NCBI GenBank assembly: GCA_951406725.2
Contig: OX597819.1
Span: forward strand, 29,388,001-29,452,000
Reading direction: 5' to 3'
Length of the DNA: 64,000 bases
Source: Octopus vulgaris
Taxonomy: Eukaryota
Within the stretch, counting starts at the first letter, position 1, and every line of letters begins with the position of its first letter. Below, piece after piece: positions 1 to 13,716 of the stretch. Position numbers and translations under genes: made by a program. The notes below the pieces were generated by a model. The model was not told the DNA's origin. It saw only the letters and a list, made by a program, of their open reading frames with translations, and ran no database searches.

Positions 1-501
1 AAGTATGCTGTACGTGAAAAGATCCGGCAGGACAAGTGAGACCATAACCCGTGGCCTCTTCCTGGGATGTAGCCAACCCACTTATGCATACCTTTCCTTC
101 TTGGGACACAAAACTCTGCTTGCGAAGACCTGTTGAGGCAATCGAAATCGCTCAAAAATCAATGAAAACTGTAGTTGTGATACCAGTGCCGGTGGCACGT
201 AAAAGAACCGTCTGAACGTGGCCGTTGCCAGCGCCGCCCCGACTAGCCTCCGTGCCAGTGGCATGTAAAAAGCACCAACCGATCGTAGCCGTTGCCAACC
301 TCACCTGGCACCTGTGCCAGTGGCACGTAAAAGCCACCCACTACACTCACAGAGTGATTGGCGTTAGGAAGGGCATCCAGCTGTAGAAACACTGCCAGAT
401 CAGACTGGGCCTGGTGCAGCCACCTGGCTTCCCAGATCCCAGTCGAACCGTCCTACCCATGCTAGCATGGAAAGCGGACGTTAAATGATGATGATGATGA
501 T
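1..501 (+). mobile_element. RTE-clade LINE 3' end (ORF C-terminus, 3' UTR, (GAT)n tail); continues beyond window start
   Basis: Bases 1-39 translate to KYAVREKIRQDK*, matching the end of the RT ORF at 34066 (KYAVREKTRQD*). Ends CCCATGCTAGCATGGAAAGCGGACGTTAAA(TGA)n like the other copies. Confidence 0.9.
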
Positions 502-3500
502 ATATATGGGTGAGTGTGTATATGTGTGTGTGTGTTTATAGCCTACACTTATAACCATTAATGTTACTGTGACAGGGCTGTAACCAGTGACATATTTGTT
601 GACATTTCCTGTCACCAATCATCTGCTAGCTTTGTTCTTTTGAATTCTTATGGAATAAATTATTAAAAAATTCTCACTTGAAATGTAAGGGCTGCCAACA
701 GGAAAAGCATCTGGCTATAAAAAGACTGGCTCAAATACCTCTCCCTAGCTAAGCTATACAAGCATGAAAAACAGATGGCAAAATTAATGTACAAACATTT
801 TAAGTTGAAAAAAAAAAAAAAAATCCCTGCTATACAAACAGTGTTATTTGTTCGCAATCTTTTGTGAAAACATATCAAGCCACTAAATTTTTGTTTTGAA
901 AGGTGGGGAAATATTGACTTTCCTAGAAACGGGCGTTGGTAAGAGGAAGAACATCTGATCATAGAAAAACAGCCTCAATAAATTCGTCTGACCCATGTAA
1001 AGTGGACATCAAAATGATGAGTTATGATGATGACTAATAATAATTACTGTTCTTATATAGAGCCATTGCAAATACTAGGTAATATATTCACAGATATACA
1101 ACAGATAGAGTGGTCGCAGTTGGTATATTTTTGATCATAAATCTTGTCAAAGATGACCTGGAGTCAAACAACAATAACTTTAAGACAACCTTTGAATGAA
1201 TTTAAGGGACTTTTTTTTTTTATATTTTAATTCAGAAGGTATGTAGAGCCTATAACCCTTTACAGAAACTCAAAGACTGGTTCGAAGGAGATATCCTCAA
1301 ACCAGGGTCATGGCCTGAATGCTTGCAATAGAGTGAACTCTATAAAGTACAAAGGGTACCAGGTGATGATGTTAAACTGAATGACATATTAAGTCTACCA
1401 GCAAAGCAATCAAGGCAGCATTTAAACTTAGAAGTCAAAGAGAGAGAACAAATGATGCAGGGTATCAGATCTGGCATTCTTCTAGTCCTGCCAATCCACA
1501 TCCTGGATTGTTTTTTTTTGTTTTTTACTGATTCTGAGAGGATGAGAAACAAAGTTGACCTCAGTGCAATTTGACCTTGGGGCACAGAGAGTGGGAACAA
1601 ATATCTTGAGGTATTCCAGATTCTGACAATTCTGCCAATTTGCCATTTGTGTTCCAGATAGGATCCTGCTCCTAGAATAACAGTTTGAGGATATACTGCG
1701 TCCAGCAGCACTTTTACTTAGGTGAAAAAGGCCAGCCACCAGCTAGATCAGAAGTTAGAATTTGTGACTAAAAACTCAAAAGATTGATGCAATTAAGGAA
1801 GGGTTGCCATCAGAGTGATCAGAGGGAGTCACTTGATATGTAAGTGGTGCTATACTCCTTTAGCTAATTTATAACTGTTGCCCCAGAAAACACAATGTCA
1901 AGAGGTACACTTGTAGCACCTAATTTCTTGCTGGGTTCCCTATAGGGGTCAATATGGAAATTAGCAGTGACTCATGAAACCTGTTATCTTCATTCCCTTC
2001 CCCTGGCAAAACAATCCAAATTAATTTTATGAACATTAATTCTGGCTTTAATTATGGTTCCTGTAACTAGAACTGTGATCCACTTTTTTATGGCATTTAC
2101 ATACACTACTGGTTGATGACTGTAGAATGTGGAATTATACAAGCCTAATTGTTAACAGTACAAAAAAAAAAAAGAAAAAGAAAATAGATGTAATGCCCAA
2201 AGAATGAAAAGAAATCATTTTTTCTCCCCTTTCATGAGTTATTATATTATTTAATGAGTACAACGTTAGGTTTTTGATGATTTATAGAACATAATTTACT
2301 TAACACATAGATGCAGCCTGGCCAAATGATTAAGAAGTTTGCGTCACTATCACAAAGCCCAAAGTTCAATCCCACTGTGTAGCATCTTGGGAGAGAGTCT
2401 TTTACTATAATCTTAGGTCAACCTATGCCTTGTGAGTGAAATTGGGTATCTGGAACCTGTACAGACACCCATCAAATAGATTGTTCATGTAATTCAAAGG
2501 TCCAACCTTGACCCCATGTCATGCTGATTTTATTACAGGTACTCATGTCTGTCATATACACACTATTTACTAATCTCATACGTTTGGTAGTACAGTTGAT
2601 CAAACAACTTTAAATGTATGGTTGAAAATTCTAAGATCTATCTTAAAACTCATTTACATTATTAGAAAATGAGATGTCAAGATCTGGATAGGTCAACAGA
2701 AGTTAATTATGTTGAATAAGAAAGATTAATTTTCACAGGATCCATAGTATAGCGTAAAAAAACTTAACCAACAGAAGGCATCTCTGTCCTTTGATATTGT
2801 ATACGAAATATAATTGCATCAAGATCATGTCAAAATGACCACTATCTGTCTACAGTCCCCATATTAATTTTTGAATATTCAGTGACAGAGAGCTCAAACT
2901 TTACTATAGGATCAGCTAATGAGATAACAATCAGAAAAATTCTAAAACAAGGTTAATTTGAATTAAGTGGCTATTTGGTTAAGAAGTCATTTTACAACCT
3001 CAAAGCTGTGGATCTGATTCTATACTTTGGCAGCTTGGAGTTCTATCATAGTTTTGGGTGGACCAATAGTTTGTGAGTAGTATGTGGTAGATGGAAACTG
3101 TGTTGAAGTTTGTCCTCAGTTTCTTTCTACAAATCCACTCACAAGGCTTTGGTCAACCTCATAGAAGAAGACCTTGTAGTTGAAGCCCTTGTAGTAGAGG
3201 ACTTACCTGAGGTGCAAATGCACTGAGATTGAATCCAAAACACAGTGGTTGGGAAGCAAACTTCTAACCACACAGCCATAACAGCACATGATCACAAAAA
3301 CACAAATTTCACAACTTGTGAAGTGAGCACAGCTATGCCACTCAGCCCACTGCCTCATGAAGGTCACTGCTAGCTCCCACTGTGCATGCAGCCATGTGCT
3401 GCCATCTGTTGGCGTGCTACAGAGCTAGTCCAGGAATATTTTGATGCCACCTTGTATATATATATTATATATTATGGTAATAGTATTATCTATTATAATA

Positions 3501-4140
3501 TGAAAGGTGTTTTTAATATCTTAAGTCTACAGAAGCCAAGGCAAGTAATTTGATATATTCTTCCTGAGAATAACAGGTAACCAATGCAGAATGCTGTATT
3601 ACAATCTTAAACAGCTGCATTTTAAAGTGTAGAGTGAAATGAAAACATGGTAATAGAGTCATAAAATTTATCCCTGCCAACTGAATACCATTTCCTTAGA
3701 AATTCATAATCTTTTAAAATGATGATTTCAGATTTAAGCACAAGGCTAGCAAATTTCAGGAGAGGGTTCTAGTTGATACCGTTTACTCCAGTACTTGACT
3801 TGTACTTGATTTTATCAACCATGGAAGGATGAAAGCAAAGATCATCTCAACAGGATTTGAACTTGGGCTGTAAAGAAGCAAATTGAATAATGGAAGACAT
3901 TTTTTTCTGGAAACCTAACAACTCTGCCAATCATTATCCTAATCACTGTTTCAATGCATCGACAAAACAATTGGCTGTTGTTACACACTTCTGATCACAA
4001 AGCACTTCCTCACATTGTTGTAGCTTCCACATGATGCCACCCTGCTGGATAAGTGGGTAGGACAACCATCCTAATACTGATTAAAATAACAAAAACTGAA
4101 ACAGAACATCAACTACAATATACTTATAAGAAATAGCCAA

Positions 4141-4542
4141 CATCATCATCATCATCATTTAACGTCCATTTTCCATGCTAGCATGGGTTGGATGATTTTG
4201 ACTGAGGGCTGGCAACCAGATGGCTGCACCAGGCTCCAGTCTTGATCTGGCAGAGTTTCAACAGCTGGATGCCCTTCCTAACGCCAACCACTCCGAGAGT
4301 GTAGTGGGTGCATTTTACGTGCCACCTGCACAGGGGCCAGTCAGGCGGTACTGACAATGATCTTGCTCGGATCTTTTTACACGTGCCACCAGCACAGGTG
4401 CCAATGAAGCAACGTTGGTAACGATCACGCTTGAATGGTGCCCTTTTACGTGCCACGGGTACGGAAGCCAGTTGGCTGCTCTGGCAACGATCACGCTCAG
4501 ATGGTGTTCTTTGCACCCCGCTAGCACGGATGCCAGTCATCG
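4141..4542 (-). mobile_element. 5'-truncated RTE LINE 3' UTR copy
   Basis: (CAT)n, then TTTAACGTCCATTTTCCATGCTAGCATGGGTTGG and GGATGCCCTTCCTAACGCCAACCACTCCGAGAGTGTAGTGGGTG, shared with 33270-33440. Confidence 0.85.
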
Positions 4543-5544
4543 AAAGAAATCATTGTAAATATTTGAAAAACTCAAAGAAAATAGTTGTAAACTACTGTAA
4601 TCCTTTCTTTCTCTTTCAAGTACCAGTCTAATTGCATCAAGATCATGTCAAAATGATCCCTATTTTTTCTATAGTCCCCATGCTAATTTTCAAATATTCT
4701 ATGAAAGAGTGCTCAGACTAACTCTCAGTTAGTACTCCCATTCTGTTTCTACACCCAAGAAATTACATACATAACAGATTTTATATATTCCAATTAAACT
4801 GTAAATTCATAAGTCAGTTTATTAAATTATTTTATTTTAATAAACAACAAGAAAAATATGGTATATACAACAAATGACATTTAAAATAAACATCAGAGAT
4901 AAAACTAACAAAGAGAACCAAACTTATCTGAATATCATTTATAAACAACTAAATGAATATTCATTTCAAAAAATGGATAAAGAAATATAATCACATCTCA
5001 ATTAATTAGAAAAAATCTAAGATAACATTTTATTCTAAACTACAAAGGATTATTTCTTTCAAAACAAGAAACAATGAAACTGTTTCAATTCTTTATGAAT
5101 ATAAAATACTTCATAATAAGGAAATTTTCTTATAACAATTTTAATCAAGTGAAAATGGTAGATTCATTTTTAATAGCTTAAAGAAGGAAGGGCAGGTGTC
5201 TGTGACTTTTGCAAGATGTCTAAGGTGGGCAGGAGGGGGAGAGGATATTATCCTCAGAATGGAAAGACACTCTGAATTCCAGCAACAGACAATGGAATGT
5301 ACTCTGCCAAAAGCTGCCAAGGACAAGATAATGATTGTGAACAGGGTGATGGACAAAGACCACCTATCAGGTAGAGAAACAGTTCCACATTATCTTTGTT
5401 TATGAAATTTCATTCAAAAAGCATTGATCAGCCTTAGGCTATGTATGGTAGGAGACACTGGCCTAAGGTGCTGCATAGTAAGGCTAAATCTTGCACAGTT
5501 TTCCTCTTAACCTCACAGTCACATATCTGTTTTCACTAATAGAC

Positions 5545-5695
5545 AAAACACTGCAAATGACGTGTGTGTCTACATCCATCTTGTTACATTCCAGGGAGAA
5601 AAACTAGAAGTAGTTGATAGCTTCCGTTACCGAGGTGACCAAGTTAGTAGCAGGGGTGGGTGCACTGAAAGTGTAACTGCTAGAATAAGACTAGC
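5545..5695 (+). mobile_element. Isolated internal fragment of the RTE RT ORF
   Basis: Translates TFQGEKLEVVDSFRYRGDQVSSRGGCTESVTARIR versus TFQGDKLEVVDSFRYLGDQVSSGGGCAESVTARVR in the 34066 ORF. Confidence 0.85.
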
Positions 5696-5723
5696 ATACT
5701 ACCAATTCTGTTATTAACAGTGG

Positions 5724-5935
5724 TTCCAAATTTTGGCATAAGGCCATCAGATTTAGGGGAAGGTAGTAAGTTGATTACATCGATCCCAATGTTCAACTTG
5801 TGCTATTTTATCAACCTCAAATGACTGAAAGGCAAGGTTGACATCAGCAGGATTTGAACTCAGAATGTAAAAATGGATGAAACGTTGCTAAGTATTTTAT
5901 CTGGCGCAGGAACAATTCTGCTGGCTTACTGCTTT
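5724..5935 (-). mobile_element. SINE family with a Nin/Deu-like central domain (decayed)
   Basis: Reverse complement of the family at 21040-21243 (GAGTTCAAATCC B-box-like, GCCTTTCA..TTGATAAAATAAG). Similar decayed copies near 3725-3940, 6560-6725, 25220-25395, 49560-49735 and 59150-59300. Confidence 0.6.
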
Positions 5936-5971
5936 AATTCTATTACTATTATTTACAAAAAAAGAAAAAGA

Positions 5972-6250
5972 CCGACCAGGCTATCAGATGTTGCTACACA
6001 CTGTTGGTCACAATGTGCTTCACAATGTTTTAGCCTTCAAATGACGCCACCCCACTGGCTAAGCGAGCAGGCCAACAGAAGAAAGAGTGAGATAAAGTTG
6101 TGGCAAAAGAGTACAGCAGGGATCACCACCACCCCCTGCCAGAGCCTTGTGGAGCTTTAGGTGTTTTCGCTCAATAAACACTCAGTCTGGGAATTGTAAC
6201 TGCGATCCTACTACTGCGAGTCTGCTGCCCTAACCACTGAACCATTGCTC

Positions 6251-6252
<2 letters not shown>
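5972..6252 (-). mobile_element. tRNA-head SINE (family B)
   Basis: Minus strand GAGGAGCAATGGTTCAGTGGTTAGGGCAGCAGACTCGCAG is homologous to the head and body of 58411-58687. Confidence 0.7.
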
Positions 6253-6305
<53 letters not shown>

Positions 6306-6329
6306 TACACACACACACACACATACATA

Positions 6330-6545
6330 TGTATATGTTTGTGTGTCTGTGTTTGTCCCCCTACCATTGCTTGACAACCAACATTGGTGTATTTACATCC
6401 CTGTAACTTAGTGGTTCAGTAAAAGAGACTGAGAGGATAAGTACTAGGCTTACAAAGAATAAGTCCTGGGGGCGATTTGTTCGACTAAAGGTGGTTCTCC
6501 ATGGCCACAGTCAAATGACTGAAACAAGTAAAAGAGAGTAGAGTA
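6330..6545 (+). mobile_element. 3' half of tRNA/CORE-type SINE family A
   Basis: GTGTCTGTGTTTGTCCCC...GTCAAATGACTGAAACAAGTAAAAGAG, as in 60095-60298. Confidence 0.8.
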
Positions 6546-8588
6546 AATAAATAAACCAACCAGCCAGCAGAATCGTTACCATGCTGCAAAAATTGCTGGG
6601 GTTAACTTTCCCTTTCATTCTTCCTGCAGTGATAAAATAAGTACCAGTAGGACAGTGGGGTCAATGTAATATATTTAACCCACCCACTCAAAATTGCTGG
6701 CCTTATGCCAAAATTTGATACCAATATTAAGTGCAAAATACACATATTTGTGTACACTTTCAAAATAGGAATTCAAGGTTATAAATGTGTTATGTAGATG
6801 AGGAAAATACAAGAAGCTTACTTATTTTACATTTGAAAAACTAAATAAAAGGTTTTTAAACCAAGATGTACTGCATGAAATATTTTGAACTTGGTCAGAC
6901 AAAGTCAAGATAACCTCAACATGCATCCAAGGTAACTTTCATAATTATAAAGGCAATTTTGAAAAAAAGAAATCAATAAGCAACAAAGTATTTGACTGAG
7001 TAGAAGATTAGCTACAGAGCTTATTTACTGAATTTCCAATCCAACTATTAAAGAGAAGATGCATTAAATAGTTTCTAGTTTTTGAGTAATTTAGTCAAGG
7101 ATGTTCAGACTAAGTACATAAATATTACAGTTTTGCTTCCAGTTTTCCATGCAATCTTGGGTTAGACAAATATATATTAATGAAGCATTGTTTTACAAGA
7201 AGATACTCTTCCTATCATTAGCATGTGCTTTTCAAGTAAGTGATTTTTTTAGTCTACCCATCTTGAAGAACACAGAGCTAGAGGGCAATTTGTTAGTCAC
7301 AAATGTGGCCAATTTTAGTTCAACATTTTCATGCAGAGCATAGAATATATATATTCTCTCTTATGTGCACGCATGCACACACACACACACACACACACAA
7401 TAAGTTCCAAGCAGTTTCCATCAACCAATTTCACTTACAAAGAAGAGATAAGCTTGTAAAAGGCACTTGCTATGCAGTAAGCTAAAACTATAGAGAAAAT
7501 TTTTTTCATCAAACAAAGTGACAGAGCCTTTTCATATTACCCTCAAATAAACTGTCCAAGTTGTTTTGTAATTTTGTAACCTAATTACACTGATTATTTA
7601 ATTACTTTTAACCCCTTGACCTAGAAAATCAATCACACTAGTGACTATTAAAGATCTTTTCCTTTTCATAACATTTCTTTCCAGTCTGTCTGTCTAGGAT
7701 TTTAAACTGTTTTAGCACTAAAGGTATTGTTTGTCTTGAGCACTTTCAGCAATAAGTAATGTATCTCTCAGAAAAGCTATCAACTATGGTATGATCTGAT
7801 AAAGCATGTCTTTGATAGCTACAAAACACAATAGATTAAAAGAATGCCTGGAATCTAAAATTCCAAAAGAGTTGATTGTTTCAAATAAGAATTCTCTGTT
7901 TCTTTTGTTTGGTGACAGGAAGGTTGTAAGAAGGAAACATTTGGCAGGGTGATGGAGGTAAATACAAGGTACATGTTGGGAAATGTGTTAGCAAAGTGAA
8001 GTGCAGAGGAAACATGAAATATGATAATCCTTAGGAAAAAGCAAATCTACTTACTCAGTGAGAATGCAGTATCAGCAAAAATTGATAGAAGTAGTCAGCT
8101 TACAAGAATGACGACTAATGTTCATGAACACTTTAACTGTCAAAGAAAGCAAGGGAAAAAAAGGAAACATGTCAATAGTTACAATCCAATTAAGGTACAA
8201 GTACAGCATGATAAAATTCATGTTATGTTTTAAACAGCAAAGATTATCTAAAATAAATGGCATGGAAGAGAAGATTATTTACTCAGCTGCTGGACTAAAG
8301 TCGAAGAGCAAGTAAAATTGATTAATGCTAGAGCAACAATAACAGCTCATACAAATTTTCAGATGAGAATTTACGCAATTAATAAAGGCCTCCTAGAACA
8401 GTAAAAAGAAACCTGAAATTGGGCCGGTTAAATTATGTAAATAAATAGATAAAGAAAAGGCTAAGGTAATTTGATTCACAAAGTAAGGACAGAGGCTTTG
8501 CTTTAATAGTGTCTTCTTGTAGGTAATACACACCACTTCAGAAATAAGAATAATAATTATTAAGCTGTGAATTTTGTCTCAGCGTGGT

Positions 8589-8780
8589 TTATATAATCAC
8601 TTGTTAAGGTTATCTCTACAGACTTTTAATAGGAATTATAGCCTGCACTGATTTGTCACAACGGTGTTTCGTATCTAAGATGCCAGGTGTAAACAACAAT
8701 GAGATTGAAAATGAAAAATCAGTGCTGGTTATAATTTCTATAGAAAATCTGTAGAGAAACCTTAACAAGTGATGTAATAA
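8589..8780. repeat. Fold-back palindrome / MITE
   Basis: ATCACTTGTTAAGGTTATCTCTACAGA..GCACTGATTT (8596-8654) is the imperfect reverse complement of AAATCAGTGC..TCTGTAGAGAAACCTTAACAAGTGAT (8716-8773). Confidence 0.8.
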
Positions 8781-9009
8781 CAGCACTACTAATACAGTAG
8801 AACAGAGTACTGACTTACAAAAAAAAAACTGTTTAACATACTTTGTTGTATATTATGGTTGCATAATGAAATACACTGTCCCTACAGGTCATTAATATAA
8901 TTTACAATAACGATGGATAACATAACTTGGCTTCAATTAAGCTACAGGATTTGTAAGAAAATAGATATCAATTAAATTCCGCAATTAGGACTTTTCTCAG
9001 AAACATATA

Positions 9010-9228
9010 CTCTTCTACTCTTTTACTTGTTTCAGTCATTTGACTGTGGCCATGCTGGAGCACCGCCTTTAATCGAGCAACTCGACCCCGGGACTTATTC
9101 TTTTGTAAGCCCAGTACTTATTCTATCGGTCTCTTTTGCCGAACCGCTAAGTAACGGGGACATAAACACACCAGCATCGGTTGTCAAGCAATGCTAGGGG
9201 GACAAACACAGACACACAAACACATACA

Positions 9229-9268
<40 letters not shown>

Positions 9269-9372
9269 CACGACGGGCTTCTTTCAGTTTCCGTCTACCA
9301 AATCCACTCACAAGGCTTTGGTTGGCCCGAGGCTATAGTAGAAGACACTTGCCCAAGATGCCACGCAGTGGG
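9010..9372 (-). mobile_element. SINE family A, lacking the 5' part of the head
   Basis: Near-identical reverse complement of 59970-60298, including the internal AT microsatellite. Confidence 0.85.
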
Positions 9373-9379
9373 ACATATA

Positions 9380-9431
<52 letters not shown>

Positions 9432-9828
9432 TATACAGAATATACTCTGTATACTCTAAAAAAAAACTGGAGACAAGTTGTTCATAAGATCCCAATAGTT
9501 TTCCAGGTAATTTACCTCACTTTTTGAAGATGAAACATTTAAAAATATATACATTTACACATTATTCCATGACATATACATATTCAGGATCAATGACAAC
9601 AATGGTGATGATGATTGTGATGGTGGTGGGGGGTGATTATGATGGTGGTGGTAGTGGCAGTAGTGTGGGTCCTGATGCCAACAACAAAGATTGGAATCAA
9701 ACTAACTGAAACAATTTTAATATATGAGTATTTAAAATGTTTTACTTCTAAAGATGAGGTTAAAATTTAAGAAAGATATAATCATAATCAATTAATTATT
9801 TTTATGCCAAATAATCTGAATATTCTTG

Positions 9829-9884
<56 letters not shown>

Positions 9885-9887
<3 letters not shown>

Positions 9888-10096
9888 CGATGCCAGACCC
9901 CTCTGGCACCTGTGCAGGTGGCACGTAAAAAGCACCCACTACACTCGCGGAGTGGTTGGCGTTAGGAAGGGCATCCAGCTGTAGAAACACTGCCAGATCA
10001 GACTGGAGCCTGGGGCAGCCCCTGGCTCCCCAGACCCCGGTCGAACCGTCCAACCCGTGCTAGCGTGGAAAACGGAGGTTAAACGATGATGATGAT
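9885..10096 (+). mobile_element. 5'-truncated RTE 3' end within (AT)n
   Basis: GGCACGTAAAAAGCACCCACTACACTC..GGAGGTTAAAC(GAT)n, flanked by AT repeats. Confidence 0.85.
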
Positions 10097-11500
10097 ATAT
10101 ATATATATGTATGTATGCCAGCTACATTCAGGAAATTTTCAAGTTAAACTTGATTATCTCTAGAATATTAATCAAAGCGGAATAAAGGTGAAACTAATTA
10201 ATGTAAGTAACATTACTGCATTAATGGAACAACTGCCAACAGCAAAATAATAGCAACAAACTACAATTATAAAATATAGTTCCTAATTTCAAACAATAAT
10301 TGTTATCCTTTAAAAGGAATTATGAATGACCAGTAAAAATAGTTCACTATAGCAATTTGATAAAAAGGACACATGTACTTATCTGTATACAGTCACTCAC
10401 ACAGTATTTACTATAATTTATTAAGTCAAAGTTTTATGATATCGTTTAAGTGATGACAATATATAAACGGTTATGAAAAGCGAACAGCTTAACCATTAAT
10501 AATACAATAAAACTAGTACTTTATAGGATCTGAAGAAGCAGAGTATTTTTATAGTTTAGTCAATAAATACTACTTTGCTGGTTTTAAATCTAGCTGCTCT
10601 CTCAAAATAAATATATTAATTAATGACCATAAAATTTTTATTTTATTTTTGAAAATAAAAGTTAAAAAAAAAAGTCAATGAAGATGGAATATTTAAAAAC
10701 TGGCTGAGCTCTGTTCAACCAAAGCTGAGTGGGCTACACAACAACCAACAGTAACATAAACGATATTCACAAGAGAATATATAAGATCAGTCACTCTTTC
10801 ATTGATGTACTAAACAATAGGTTCAACTTCCTAATATTCATTCCAACAATTGAATCAACTATAATTACTGAGAGCATAGATTGAAACGCTTAATATTCGT
10901 TGGCTATTTTATTAACATTTCCTTAAAAAGGAGATAAATAGCCACTTTGAACTGACAACAATACCTGGAAAATACAGTAGTATATTAAATGTTCACTTTC
11001 AGTGTAGTACTCCTATAAATGGCTTTATTATGGGGTAACATCAAAACTATAACATAATACATAAACTCAGCATTTGTTACAAAAGAATAGCTTCAGTAAG
11101 ACATCAATATTAATTTGGCTTCCAAACAGAAGCTTTAACCTGCATATTATGTCATGGTAATTCTATGACTCCTATCAAAATCCTAATAAATATATCAACA
11201 TTAATGTTCCATATACATATGCTGAAAGCTCTTTTGTATTCCACATTATAAAAGAATAAGGCTGTTGCTTTCAAAATCTTTGAAAAGATAGACACTTCAT
11301 ATTCTTTAAATAGCGGTTAACTTCTAAACTCCTAAATCCATTTGATAATAACCCTCATGAGACTGCCTATAGTCATTTGATACCAACCTGACTGAAACCA
11401 CCTCCAGGCCATTCCTATAAAACTAAGTGAAACCACCTCTAGTATATTGATATTAACTTGACTGAGACCACCTCTAGTCCTTTAAATTGTTCATATTAGT

Positions 11501-11830
11501 GAAGGCGTGGCTGTCTGGTAAGAAGTTTGCTTCCTAACCACATGGTTCTTGATTCAGTCCCACCGTATGGTACCTTAGGCAAGTGTCTTCTAATATAGCC
11601 TCAGGCCAACCAAAGCCTTGTGAGTGGATTTCATAGATAGAAGCCGAAAGATGCTTGTGTTTGTATGTGTTTGCGCTTACAATCCAGTCACTTAGCAGGT
11701 TGGCAAAAGAGATTGATAGAATAAACAGCAAGCTTCAAATAAGTACTATTTCATTTTGTTTGACTAAAATTCTTCAAGGTGGTGTCCTAGCATGGCTGCA
11801 ATATAATGAGTGAAACAAGGAAAAGGTAAA
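11501..11830 (+). mobile_element. SINE family A, older copy
   Basis: GGCGTGGCTGTCTGGTAAGAAGTTTGCT head, CCTTAGGCAAGTGTCTTCT core, TGAAACAAG 3' end. Confidence 0.75.
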
Positions 11831-12861
11831 AAATATTTAAATTAAAATATTCCATCACCATTTTCGACAAGAGCTTCAATGTTAAGTATAACAGACTGAC
11901 TTAACATTATCTTTTATCTTCATCAATTAATCTTAAAAAATTAACTATTTAACTAATTCTCTGTAAATATTTGATAAGTTTCATGACTAACTGAAACCTA
12001 GAACTATGTATTTTGTTTGAGAAATGGTCATGAAAGAGTTAAAGAGTGACAGGCCAGAAATAATCTTCAATAATTTAATAGCAATTGACCATTTGTATCA
12101 AACACATAATAATACTTTGAAGTTGAACATACCATGATTTGCATTGTTGGTTATCAGCTTCATTTTATGAATATTGTGAAAACAAATATTGTATAATACA
12201 TTCCATATAGTAAGCAAAAATAGCGACATACATACTTTATATACCTGTCCATTTATCAATATCTACCAACATCTACATATCTACATCTATCTATTTATCT
12301 ATCAACATATATATAAGCAGATGTTGCTGCTTTTGAGATGTTTGCTTCACAACAACATGGTTTTGGGTTAAGTCCCATTTCATGATAACTTGGGTAAGTA
12401 TCTTCTACTATAGATCTGGGCTGATCAAAGCCTTATGAATGGATATAGTAGATGCTACTTGAAAGAATTTGTGTATGTGTGTGTGTGCTGACACACATGA
12501 GATAAGGGCTGGCAACAAGAAGGGCATCTGGCCATAAAATGCTACATTCAAATAGATCTCTGCCCAACCCATGTTAGCATGGAAAAACAGCATTCAACAA
12601 ATGGGTGAACAAAATATGTAATTCATACAAACAACTACAGTAACACCTCAGTTAACCTTCACAGACTTGGGCCCCTCTGTCTTACTTTACCCTCCACCTT
12701 GGCTCCAGAGCAAAACAAAAAAAAAATAAATAAATAGTTGCAAATACAGCTCATGACTTATGATTGTAGGCAAACTAATGGACAGAATCAGCTGCACCCT
12801 CTTTTTCTATGAGTATTCTTTGTTACTACTTTACTGGGAATCCAGCTCAGGTCATGTTTAA

Positions 12862-13081
12862 CCCTTTAGCATTTAAACCGGCCATATCCGGCCCAAATTT
12901 TCTACTTCTTTTATGTTCAAACCATCTAGATCTGGCCTCTCACTCATATCCTACAATGTCATCCTAAAAATAAACCATCACATCATCAAATTCTCAGAGC
13001 TACAAGATAATGCAAGATTAATTCAAAACAATGTGAATGAAAAAGCATTATATTTGACAGAGTAATCTCAACGCTAAAGGG
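12862..13081. mobile_element. piggyBac-like MITE (TTAA family 1)
   Basis: TTAA|CCCTTTAGC...GCTAAAGGG|TTAA, i.e. TIRs with a TTAA target-site duplication; multiple copies in the window. Confidence 0.85.
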
Positions 13082-13716
13082 TTAACCAATTCCCCAAATA
13101 GTAGGAATACAGTGGGGGCAGAGTTAAGGCTCTTGATGTGTTTCTTAAAATCTAGAGTAGAGTACCACTCAGTACTGAACTCAGTAAGCAGTATATGAAA
13201 GCCAATCTCTCAGATGCCATTAAGAAATTGGCTAGCCTGATACCATATCAAGTGGTCAGTTAAAATGAAAATGGGGAAATTTGTCTACTACAGTAATATT
13301 AAATGAGGATAGGAAAAATTTTGTGAAAGCAAAGGTGTTTAAGAAATTCATTTGGTTTCAGGTTCAGTTCCACTACATGCTAACTTCTGTGTTTCCTATT
13401 ACAGTCCTGAGCTGACCATTGCCTTGAGAGTGAATTTGGTAGATGGAAACTGTGTGGAAGACTGCAGTACATATAGATATATATATACATGCATATATAT
13501 ACACGTGTATAGACACACATATATATATACACATACATACATACATACACATGCATATGCACATACATACATATATGCATATATATACATACACACATAT
13601 TTACATACACATACATATATGCATACACACACACACACACATATATATATATATGCATATACACACACACACACATATATATATATATGCATATACACAC
13701 ACATATATATATATAT

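Noticed and set aside
1270-2150. Possible exon or decayed LINE coding sequence (ORF 1340-1711)
   Set aside because: No recognisable motif, and the ORF runs through a decayed SINE at about 1530-1640.
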